Shown: piece after piece, positions 26,101 to 36,601 of the stretch
Layout of the letters: each line of letters begins with the position of its first letter
Position numbering within the stretch: the first letter of the stretch is position 1
Origin: Eledone cirrhosa
Taxonomy: Eukaryota
Length of the DNA stretch: 64,000 nt
Assembly: GCA_964016885.1 (NCBI GenBank)
Contig: OZ024766.1
Location: 13,826,001-13,890,000 of the forward strand
Direction: 5' to 3'
Position numbers and translations under genes: made by a program
The notes under the pieces: model-generated
Databases searched by the model: none
Told to the model about the DNA's origin: nothing
The model's input: the letters and a program-made list of their open reading frames with translations, nothing else

Positions 26101-26680
26101 GTGATCAAGTGATTGTCTCGTTTTTTGAAGTTAGTGTTACAGATTGTTAGGTTATTTGCATCACAGAATTCCAGGATTCTGGAACCTTCCTCATTTCTAG
26201 TACCAAACCCATAGCCTCCATGGATTTCATCATAGCCATCACAATGTTGTCAAACGTGACCATTTAGGTCGCCAGCAATAATTATATAGTCACTGTCGGT
26301 TATTTGGGAGGTAGTGAGCATCAGTGTCTCATAGAAAGTGTCTTTTATAGCGCCAGGCAGTCCGGATTGGGGCGCGTACGCAGATATTATCGTCACAGTA
26401 GTTCTATTTAGAACAAGTCTTATTTTAATTATTCTGTCATTCACTCTATTTACCTCTATTATCTTATCCACCCATTTTTCTGCTAACATGAATCCTACCC
26501 CACCCAGACCATTGTCATTTCCCACCCAGAAAAGCTTATAGCATCGTTTTTTACCCACAATGAATCTAGCAGACCCGCCCTTCCACCTGGTCTCTTGGAT
26601 GCAGCAGACATCAACCTCCTTACGTTCAAGCATTTCTACAACCTCGTTTGAGCGGCCTTTTAAGGTCCCTACATTCATGG
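23158..26680 (-). mobile_element. Nearly intact RTE LINE (APE-RT with internal PHD finger), 5' UTR missing
   Basis: ORFs 26250..26678 and 23658..26108 are in the same frame, separated by a single TGA; 3' UTR and (GAT)n tail present. Confidence 0.95.
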
Positions 26681-26700
26681 TATATATATATATATATATA

Positions 26701-29640
26701 TATTGTTATACTTTGGGAGGGTCATGTTGCCAATAAGAACACACGCACCAGTTGCTTTCACTTCAATTTATTATATATTTATAAATTTATAAATTTACAA
26801 ATCTACAAACTTATAAATTTCTGGTTGGTTGGTTGGTTCCACAACCAGATAGTTGTTTATATATAGTCATAGTCCCTTCGTCACACACTCTGTGACCTCT
26901 TCAGTGACTGGGGATTCCTTTCTTTGTTTCTGTGCCTTTCCTTTCTTCTGTCCTACGCCATTTTGTTTCTGTGTGTGTGTTGTGTGCTCAGTTTACGCAT
27001 GCACCACATCCGGGTGTCTGTGTGTGTTTGTGTTCATTTATCTATTTGTTTATTTATTTATTTATTTATTGTTGGTTGGTTGTTTGTTCTATGTGTGTGT
27101 GTGTTTTCATTTTGTCCTTAATTGTACGTTGTGATGTTGCTGTTCCACTCATATTTTCTATTTAATTTTGGTTGTAATTCTTTTATGCTTACTGCCTCTG
27201 TAATTTGCCTAAACATTGCGTCTTTTCTGTGTGTGGATTCTATTTTTATTTCTATGTTCTCTAATTTACCCCTGTGCTCTATCTTAGCATGTTGGTAGAG
27301 CACAGATGATTCTTTATTATCTTGAAGGTCTCGCCAGTGTTCATTTATTCGTTCCCCTATACTACGAGCTGTCTCACCTATGTACACTATATTTTTGTTT
27401 CTACATTGTCCTTCAGTACATCTTATGCTATACACTACATTTCTAGTTTTACAGTTAATATGGGGGCTTATTTTACAGGTTATACATTTCTTATCTATAC
27501 ATGAGGGTCTTTGGAACGGGTATGTCTTGCTAATAAGTGTTTTTACGGAGGTACCTGGTCTTTCTACTATCTTAATATTGAGTTTATGTTTATTTAGGGC
27601 CCTTCTAAATTTGTAGGCTAGTTCGCCTCTAGGGGTTGTATTGATGAACATTACACTCTGGTATTTATTGCTATCATACCACGAGTTTATTCTATTGGCC
27701 TTGTTCCTAGTTCTTTCTATTCTATTCCAAAATTTGCTCCTATACAAGGGGCAGGTCCCATTTATGTCATTATTTACCATTTTTTCCCATTTGGTTCTGG
27801 CTCCTTTATACACTCTGATTCTATCTCTCTGATTGTAGCCAGAGAACTGCATATGGTGGATGAAGTGTTGTATGTGTCTCTCTAGTTCTTCGGGGTTGCA
27901 CATGCGGGACACATTTCTCATCACCCGTACCAAATCCGCAATCAGTATGTTGATTTTGGTATGGTCCGAAATGGCCGAGTTTCGGTGGATCAGATGTTTG
28001 GAAGTCATGGGTTTGGCATAATGGGAATGGAGGATTTGTTTTTGGTTGTTAATGGTATCTAACCAGAGCTCTGTGTCTAGTATAGGTAATCAATGGTTGG
28101 GGTGTCTACTTGGGTAGTCTATAGTAACTCTAATACTCTGGTGGATGGAATTTGCTATTTGCTGGATGCTTTCCATTGTGTTTTTCTCTAGTTCCTGACT
28201 GTTCTTTAGTGGGGGTGTCTTAACTACGATGTTTATATCATCTACGTAGCGGGAGTACATTATCAGGGTTAAGCTGTCTTCTAATTGTTCTTTAAGTTTT
28301 TGTTTAAGTCTACTGTCCCACCATACCATGAATAAGTTAGCTATGTCGCCTGCAATGCTAACACCAATGGCTGCTCCTTCCTCTTGGGCATATGTTTTAC
28401 CATTAAATTTGAACATATGTTCCTTAAGGGTTAATTTTATGCTGGCCCCTACCGCATGTGCAATCATTTTCTTCAGTTCATCGTGGTTTTCGGGTGTCCG
28501 TATGGCTCTGGTCCACCCGTTCCATCTATCTGTGTGGGTTTTCTTGGCCATTGAGGTAATGGTAGGTGGTCTGCCTCTTGCTGGTCTTGTAGGGCACAGG
28601 TTGCTAAGGTCATAAGTGTCTAGGTAACTATTACTATGGGTAAGCTTAAGTAGAAGTCCCAGCTCACTGGTATCAATCCCACGGAACTCAACCTTGCTCT
28701 CGCTGATCATTTCTACGCATTTCTCCACAGCAAAATCTACGTCAATAGATGGATACAGGGACACAACATCCATACTGCCTATTATGCAGTTTGTTATGTC
28801 CCCAGATCGGTTACCCGCGCCGATTCTGCTGAGGAGGTCCTCCGTGCTGTCACATACATCTGGGGACATCTCAATGATGGGGCGTATGATCAGGGAGAGG
28901 AAGTAGGACAGTCTGTAGTTACTAGCAATGTTAGCTCCACAGACTGGCCGTGTTGGTGGTCCCGCGACAGGGTCCCAGCCCGTTTTATGGTCTTTTCGAA
29001 GCCCATACAACGCCGGCACGTCATTGTTCCAGGCCTGGAAGTTGTTGGCAGTCCTTTTGTTGGGCTGCATTATATTCGTCCACATCACCATATGGGCATT
29101 GAAGGATTTTTCTCTATCCTCATGCTCCTGTGGTGTTACCTCTCTTGTGTTAGTGATGTGGGGTTGCATTGCCTGGATGTAGTTTGGCAGGCTGTCAACC
29201 GACATTCTGCCAGACTTGTCTGTTGGAAAGCATGCTATCTCTCTATTACGTGAGCGCTGCATGAGCTTACGCAAGCCATTTGCAGATTTTTCTCCCAGTT
29301 GCTGGGCCTCTATTCTATTATGCTTCTTGCTATACTGTTCTATAATATTTCTAAGTTCGGATTTAGCTATACTAAATTGTGCCTCTGTTTGTTCATCGAC
29401 CTGCGACGGCAACTGCGTGCGTTTGTTAAATGGTAAAGTCGTGGCGTGGACTCGTCGCAAGGTCGAATGATTTATCGGAGGGATTCTAAAACGGAGAGTT
29501 CCAGGCTGCTGCTTTATGTGTACTAGTGCTATTGTTATTGTTAGTTGTGTTGTTTCTATTTCCACCGACAGCCTCATGGTTGTTTCTATGTCTCTCATAA
29601 TTACTCCTGTCTCTTTCCACTGGCTCAATGTTGTTATCTA
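26701..29640 (-). mobile_element. Penelope-like element (RT + GIY-YIG, Neptune-like)
   Basis: SMDVVSLYPSI, GAAIGVSIA and YSRYVDD; CxxC linker then NVVYSIRC...YIGETARSIGERINEH; one nonsense codon at ~28090. Confidence 0.92.
26865..26909 (-). ncRNA. Hammerhead ribozyme motif (type I, core variant GAAG)
   Basis: AGTCA CTGAAGA g GTCACA gagtg TGTGAC GAAG ggac TA TGACT. Confidence 0.55.
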
Positions 29641-29699
29641 CCCTATTTTGTGTGTCTGTGTGTTTGTTAAGATTGTGGTGGTGGTGAGAGGCATTGAAT

Positions 29700-29910
29700 G
29701 CTTGTGTGTTGTTGTTGTTGATGTGTGCTGTTGTTGACGTGTGTTGTTGTTGTCTCTGTGTGTGTTATCGTTGTTGTGTGTGTTGTTATTGTTGTTTGTG
29801 TCTGCGTGTCTGTTGTTGTTGTTTCTGGGTATGTTGCTATTGTTGTTGTTGTTGATGTGTGTGTTGTTGTTATTGTTGTTTGTGTCTGTGTGTCTGTTGT
29901 TGTTGGGATG
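29700..29910. repeat. (GTT)n/(GT)n compound microsatellite spacer
   Basis: Direct observation. Confidence 0.9.
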
Positions 29911-29933
29911 TGCTCTGTGTATATATATATATA

Positions 29934-31368
29934 TATTAGAGTTATAATAGACTACCCAAGTAGACACCCCAACCATCGATTACCTGTACTAGACACAGAG
30001 CTCTGGTTAGATACCATTAACAACCAAAAACAAATCCTCCATTCCCATTATGCCAAACCCATGACTTCCAAACATCTGATCCACCGAAACTCGGCCATTT
30101 CGGACCATACCAAAATCAACATACTGATTGCGGATTTGGTACGGGTGATGAGAAATGTGTCCCGCATGTGCAGCCCCGAAGAACTAGAGAGACACATACA
30201 ACACTTCATCCACCATATGCAGTTCTCTGGCTACAATCAGAGAGATAGAATCAGAGTGTATAGAGGAGCCAGAACCAAATGGGAAAAAATGGTAAATAAT
30301 GACATAAATGGGACCTGCCCCTTGTATAGGAGCAAATTTTGGAATAGAATAGAAAGAACTAGGAACAAGGCCAATAGAATAAACTCATGGTATGATAGCA
30401 ATAAATACCAGAGAGTAATGTTCATCAATACAACCCCTAGAGGTGAACTAGCCTACAAATTTAGAAGGGCCCTAAATAAACATAAACTCAATATTAAGAT
30501 AGTAGAAAAACCAGGTATCTCCGTAAAAACACTTATTAGCAAGACATACCCGTTCCAAAGACCCTCATATATAGATAAGAAATGTATAACCTGTAAAATA
30601 AGCCCCCATATTAACTGTAAAACTAGAAATGTAGTGTATAGCATAAGATGTACTGAAGGACAATGTAGAAACAAAAATATAGTGTACATAGGTGAGACAG
30701 CTCGTAGTATAGGGGAACGAATAAATGAACACTGGCGAGACCTTCAAGATAATAAAGAATCATCTGTGCTCTACCAACATGCTAAGATAGAGCACAGGGG
30801 TAAATTAGAGAACATAGAAATAAAAATAGAATCCACACACAGAAAAGATGCAATATTTAGGCAAATTACAGAGGCAGTAAGCATAAAAGAATTACAACCA
30901 AAATTAAATAGAAAATATGAGTGGAACAGCAACATCACAACTTACAATTAAGGACAAAATGAAAACACACACACACATAGAACAAACAACCAACCAACAA
31001 TAAATAAATAAATAAATAAACAAATAGATAAATGAACACAAACACACACAGACACCCGGATGTGGCGCATGCGCAAACTGAGCACACAACACACACACAG
31101 AAACAAAATGGCGTAAAACAGAAGAAAGGAAAGGCACAGAAACAAAGAAAGGAATCCCCAGTCACTGAAGAGGTCACAGAGTGTGTGACGAAAGGACTAT
31201 GACTATATATAAACAACTATCTGGTTGTGGAACCAACCAACCAACCAGAAATTTATAAGTTTGTAGATTCGTAAATTTATAAATTTATAAATATATAATA
31301 AATTGAAGTGAAAGCAACTGGTGCGTGTGTTCTTATTGGCAACATGACCCTCCCAAAGTATAACAATA
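29934..31368 (+). mobile_element. Inverted partial duplicate of the Penelope element (RT C-terminus, GIY-YIG, pLTR)
   Basis: Near-identical reverse complement of 26701-28135. Confidence 0.95.
31160..31204 (+). ncRNA. Minimal type I hammerhead ribozyme in the Penelope pLTR
   Basis: Stem I AGTCA/TGACT, core CTGAAGA plus 1 nt, stem II GTCACA/TGTGAC, GAAA, minimal stem III, cleavage triplet CUA. Confidence 0.72.
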
Positions 31369-31423
31369 TCGGTTTCAACACACGATTTCAGATAAAGAAT
31401 CTTGCTAAACAAATTCAGAAATG

Positions 31424-32257
<834 letters not shown>

Positions 32258-32597
32258 TCATCATCATCATCATTTTACGTCCGCTTTTCCCTGCTTGCAA
32301 GGGTGGGATGGGAACTGATCCTGGCTTGATTTCTACAGCTGGATGCCCTTCCTAACACCAACCTCATTTACAGTGAGTGCTGGGTGCTTTTTTGCCGTGG
32401 CACCTCCACGACCACTCTACAGTGGAATGATAGGGACCCCAGTCCCTATCATCTCATTTCTACAGCTGAGTAAACTGGAGCAATGTGAAATAAAGTGTCT
32501 TGCTCAAGGAAACAACGCATCACGTGGTCTGAGAATTGAACTCACAATCTTTCGATTGCAAGGCCAATGCTCTAACTACTAAGCCATGTGCCTCCAT
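32258..32597 (-). mobile_element. tRNA/CORE-like SINE with RTE-derived 3' tail
   Basis: Near-identical reverse complement of 46755-47083; (GAT)n tail. Confidence 0.85.
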
Positions 32598-32644
32598 TCA
32601 TACATATATACATATATATATAATATATACACACACATATATAT

Positions 32645-32929
32645 CTAAGTCTAAAGTCTGTCTTAAGCCAGCAGGCTCATTTGGCCGGTGCTTATACCGG
32701 TTTCATGGCGTGAAGTGAGTGAGAGTACAAGACTACCCCCTGGACAGGACGCCAGTCCATCGCAGGGTTAAACCTCCAGCTATTGCTGGTACACATTTTC
32801 AGCTGAGTAAACTGGAGCAACGTGAAATAAAGTGTCTTTCTCAAGGAAACAACACATCACCCGGTCCAAGAATGGAACTCACACCTTTCGATTGAAAGCC
32901 TAATGCTCTAACCACTAAGCCATGTGCCT

Positions 32930-32932
<3 letters not shown>
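32645..32932 (-). mobile_element. tRNA/CORE-like SINE with V-like segment
   Basis: Head ggcacatggcttagtggttagagc, then ctgcgatggactggcgtcctgtccagggg. Confidence 0.72.
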
Positions 32933-33017
<85 letters not shown>

Positions 33018-33236
33018 AGTATGTATGTATGTATACATACATACATATATGTATACAGACGTATAGTAGTATGTATATATATACATACATGCACACATAT
33101 ATATATGTACGTATCAGTTTACCAAACATTTATTATAATGCTCGGTTTGTTTGTTTGTAAACAAACAAACAGCCCGAATTACGCCATACAGTGTTTAGGC
33201 AACCACGTCACCTTTTTGTTCAACACTGACACAGGA

Positions 33237-33279
33237 ATGATGTACTAGTTTCAAGCTTATTAGCTATCGTCAGCATTGT
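33237..33279 (-). ncRNA. Minimal type I hammerhead with palindromic stem III
   Basis: ATG CTGACGA tAGCTaataAGCTt GAAA CTAG TA CAT; ACTAGT palindrome; GUA cleavage triplet. Confidence 0.72.
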
Positions 33280-33797
33280 ATACCTTCCTGCCAGATGGTT
33301 GAACGTCTGAAAGTATATACTTTCCTTATGCATATTAACGGCTGAGCAGCCTAATTTGCATATCGAGTGAGATCAGTCGGCTGGGCACACCGAAAACGAT
33401 AAATGGAATAGAATGAAACGAAATTTCATTTCTCACTCTTAGTAAGGCACTTACTTAAATGTAAGTATGTATGTATACGTACATACATATATGTATACAG
33501 ACGTACAGTAGTATGTATATATATACATACATGCACACATATATATATGCACGTATCGGTTTACCGAACATTTATTATGATGTTCGGTTTATTTGTTTGT
33601 AAACAAACAAACAGCCCGAATTACGCCGTACAGTGTTTAGGCAACCACGTCACCTTCGTTTCATTCTATTCCATTTATCGTTTTCGGTGTGCCCGGCCGA
33701 CTGAACTCACTCAATATGCAAATTAGGCTGCTCAGCCATTAATATGCATAAGGACAGTATATACTTTCAGATGTTCAACCATCTAGCAGGAAGGTAT

Positions 33798-33840
33798 ACG
33801 GTGCTGACGATAGCTAATAAGCTTGAAATGAGTACATTGT
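33798..33840 (+). ncRNA. Hammerhead motif, same family
   Basis: ACGGTG CTGACGA ... GAAA tgag TA CATTGT. Confidence 0.6.
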
Positions 33841-34047
33841 TCCTGTGTCAGTGTTGAACAAAAACGTGACGTGGTTGCCTAAACACTGTACGGCGTAATT
33901 CGGGCTGTTTACAAACAAACCGGACATTATAATAAATGTTCAGTAAACCGATACGTGCATATATATATGTGTGCATGTATGTATATATATACATACTACT
34001 GTACGTCTGTATACATATATGTATGTACGTATACATACATACATACT

Positions 34048-34133
<86 letters not shown>

Positions 34134-34261
34134 ATTATATAGAACAATAAAACATGGCACTAGATGTTCAACCCAAGACCTTATGATTGAGAACAGCACA
34201 CCTGTAACCTCTAAGCTATATATCTTCACACAGACTTTCTGATAAAGACAGAAGTACCCAC

Positions 34262-34399
34262 CTGACTGACAGTTGTCTCCCCTGAAACCAGCTGCACATC
34301 CAACACTAGAACACACCCCAGATTTAATGTCGCAATGATCGTTGTCAGCACAGTGGCACAAATACTGACAGTTCAAGCCAAAATAACCCTTTTTACATT
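34262..34399 (-). CDS. Exon of multi-EGF (laminin-type EGF, MEGF10/SREC-like) host gene
   Basis: poly-T tract + CAG acceptor, 138 bp, phase 1-1, CKKGYFGLNCQYLCHCADNDHCDIKSGVCSSVGCAAGFRGDNCQS, donor G|GTGGGT. Confidence 0.9.
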
Positions 34400-34527
34400 C
34401 TGAAAAAAAAAAAAAAAAAAAAATAGAATTATATACACAACATATATATAAAATTATACACAATAACACATATATACAATTATACACAGCTATAACATAC
34501 ATATACACAATTATACATAACTATAAT

Positions 34528-34885
34528 GCCAATGTGCGTGAATGACCAAGCATAGACGAGTTGAGAAAGAAACTGGGTATAAGAGGGATAAGTTGTGGTG
34601 TGCAGGAGAGAAGGCTGAGCTGAGATGGTATGGACATGTGATGTGCATGGAGGATGACCGCTGGGTAAAGAAGTGCCAAGAAATCCCAGTAGAAGGAAGA
34701 CGCAGTAGAGGTAGACCATGAAAAACATGGGCGGAGGTGGTGAGAGAAGACCTCAAATTGCTGAAACTCACAGAGGAGATGACAAGGGACCGTGACGAAT
34801 GAAGAGATGCCATGCTTAATAAGACCCGTCCCACCCTTGCAAGCAGGGAAAAGCGGACGTAAAATGATGATGATGATGATGATGA
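34528..34885 (+). mobile_element. Short 3' fragment of RTE LINE (copy at 40646-40996)
   Basis: Homologous to 4015-4360; (GAT)n tail. Confidence 0.85.
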
Positions 34886-34889
34886 TAAT

Positions 34890-35445
34890 AATAAAATTAT
34901 TGTGTACAGTGCTCAGGTGCACTACAACTCATCAATGGTGAATTTATAGTACATTAGTGAACAGACAGTGAACAGTGTATGAGTCATGAGATACACACAG
35001 ACATGCATGCGTGTGTATGGAGGGGGAATATCAGGTGTAGTGTTGGCGCAAAAAAAAAATAAAAGGAAATGCTTACAGCACCTAGGTTTCTCAAGTGGTT
35101 TCCCATCTAAGTACTAACTAGGCTCGAGTCAAGATATATGTGTGTGTGTGTATGCATGGAGGGGGAATATCAGGTGCAGTGTTGGCGAATTTCAGGCAGC
35201 ATGGAGGTTTTAAAGGATGCAGTGTCCCGGCAGCTAACAACTGATGCAGGTAGTTTGTTCCATGCTTCAGTGAATTTCAGGAAGCATGGAGGTTTTAAAG
35301 GATGCAGTGTCCTGGCAGCACACAACTGATGCGGGTAGTTTGTTCCATGCTTCAGTGAATTTCAGGAAGCATGGAGGTTTTAAAGGATGCAGTGTCTTGG
35401 CAGCACACAACTGATGCGGGTAGTTTGTTCCATACTTCAGCAAAT
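34890..35445 (-). mobile_element. CR1/L2-like LINE 3' fragment with ~80-bp internal tandem repeats (copy ~41000-41480)
   Basis: Translation EAWNKLPASVVSCQDTASFKTSML is typical of a CR1 ORF2 C-terminus. Confidence 0.65.
35070..35127 (-). pseudogene. 5S rRNA 3'-half fragment
   Basis: gcctagttagtacttagatgggaaaccacttgagaaacctaggtgctgtaagc resembles the 3' half of metazoan 5S rRNA, followed by a T-run. Confidence 0.8.
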
Positions 35446-35498
35446 TTTTATATATATCGATTGACCAACAGTTAAAAAATATAAATATAAATATAGTT

Positions 35499-35542
35499 TC
35501 TCAGAGTTTTTTCATCACACATCTGTGACATCATCAGTGATA
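35499..35542 (-). ncRNA. Degenerate hammerhead motif (copy at 41531-41574)
   Basis: TCA CTGATGA t GTCACA gatg TGTGAT GAAA aaac TC TGA; stem II resembles the Penelope hammerhead. Confidence 0.55.
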
Positions 35543-35829
35543 TTTCTATGCTTGTCATATTCCTGTGATGTTTTCTTATTCTATTTTATTTATTTGCAGT
35601 AGTTCCAACGTAAAAGACTTTCATAATAGTTGATCACTATAAATAACAGTTAGGAAAACCAGATAAAGTACATGTGGAGATAGAAAGAAGTAGACGGAGG
35701 GTCCTGTAAGGAACAGGTGCAAGTTTGCTTCCTTGCAAATACTTCTGTCTACATCTACCTTTCTCCTGAGATACTTTACTACCCACATTAACCTGTCACC
35801 TGTGGTCCATTACTGTCTACCAGGAATAA

Positions 35830-36008
35830 TAATTGTTTCTACTTTAGGCACAAGGTCAGCAATTATCCCAGTGTATTACTGGTACTTTATTTTATCGACC
35901 ACGTAAGGATGAAAGGCAAAGTTAACTTCGGTGGGATTTGAACTCAGATTGTAAAGGGACATAACTATGCTGGAAAGCACGGCATCCGACTCTCTACTGA
36001 TACTGCCA
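35830..36008 (-). mobile_element. Meta-like tRNA SINE (copy 41860-42040)
   Basis: Homologous to 11420-11600. Confidence 0.8.
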
Positions 36009-36009
36009 T

Positions 36010-36351
36010 AATATAGTTAGACTAGTTAGAAGTAGAAATAAAAGACTATTAAACATATGTAGTCATTAATAATATAGTTATACTAGTTAGTAGTAAAAGT
36101 GAAAGAGTAATACACCTATGTAGTCATTAATAATATAGTTATACTAGTTAGTAGTAAAAGTAAAAGAGTAATAAACCTATGTAGTCATTAATAATATAGT
36201 TATACTAGTTAGTAGTAAAAATAAAAGAGTATTAAACATATGTAGCCATTAATAATATAGTTATACTAGTTAGTAGTAAAAGTAAAAGAGTAATAAACCT
36301 ATGTAGACATTAACAATATAGTTATACTAGTTAGTAGTAAACGTAAAAGAG
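36010..36351. repeat. 61-bp tandem repeat (~5.5 copies; ~8.5 copies at 42041-42570)
   Basis: Unit containing atagttatactagttagtagtaaaag. Confidence 0.93.
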
Positions 36352-36526
36352 TTTACAACAATCTGCATTGTTGTGGCTTTCTTAAATACGTATTTTACAC
36401 ATTTCACAATGCTTCAAGCAAACTTTAACACCCTCATATACATGTATGTATGTATATATATATATATACATGTATGTATATATATATACATGTATATATA
36501 TGTATATATATATATACATGTATATA

Positions 36527-36567
<41 letters not shown>

Positions 36568-36601
36568 ATGTATATATATATATACATGCAACAAAAAAAA
36601 A

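Larger units (their letters stand above)
33015..34050. mobile_element. ~442-bp hammerhead-bearing repeat in direct tandem plus inverted copy (retrozyme/pLTR-like)
   Basis: cagacgta recurs at 33056 and 33498; 33656-34050 is the reverse complement of 33015-33422. Confidence 0.8.
33487..36350. repeat. 2.9-kb direct duplication, copy 1 (copy 2 at ~39607-42567)
   Basis: Colinear match including the EGF exon, RTE tail, 5S fragment, SINE and 61-bp array. Confidence 0.95.

Noticed and set aside
29725-29933. Hydrophobic Val-rich N-terminus on the 408-aa GIY-YIG ORF (apparent membrane-anchored nuclease)
   Set aside because: Translation of a (GTT)n microsatellite fortuitously in frame with the inverted Penelope fragment.
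36010-36351. 61-bp period array resembling repeat-spacer structure
   Set aside because: The whole unit is repeated with only point variants; a simple tandem repeat.
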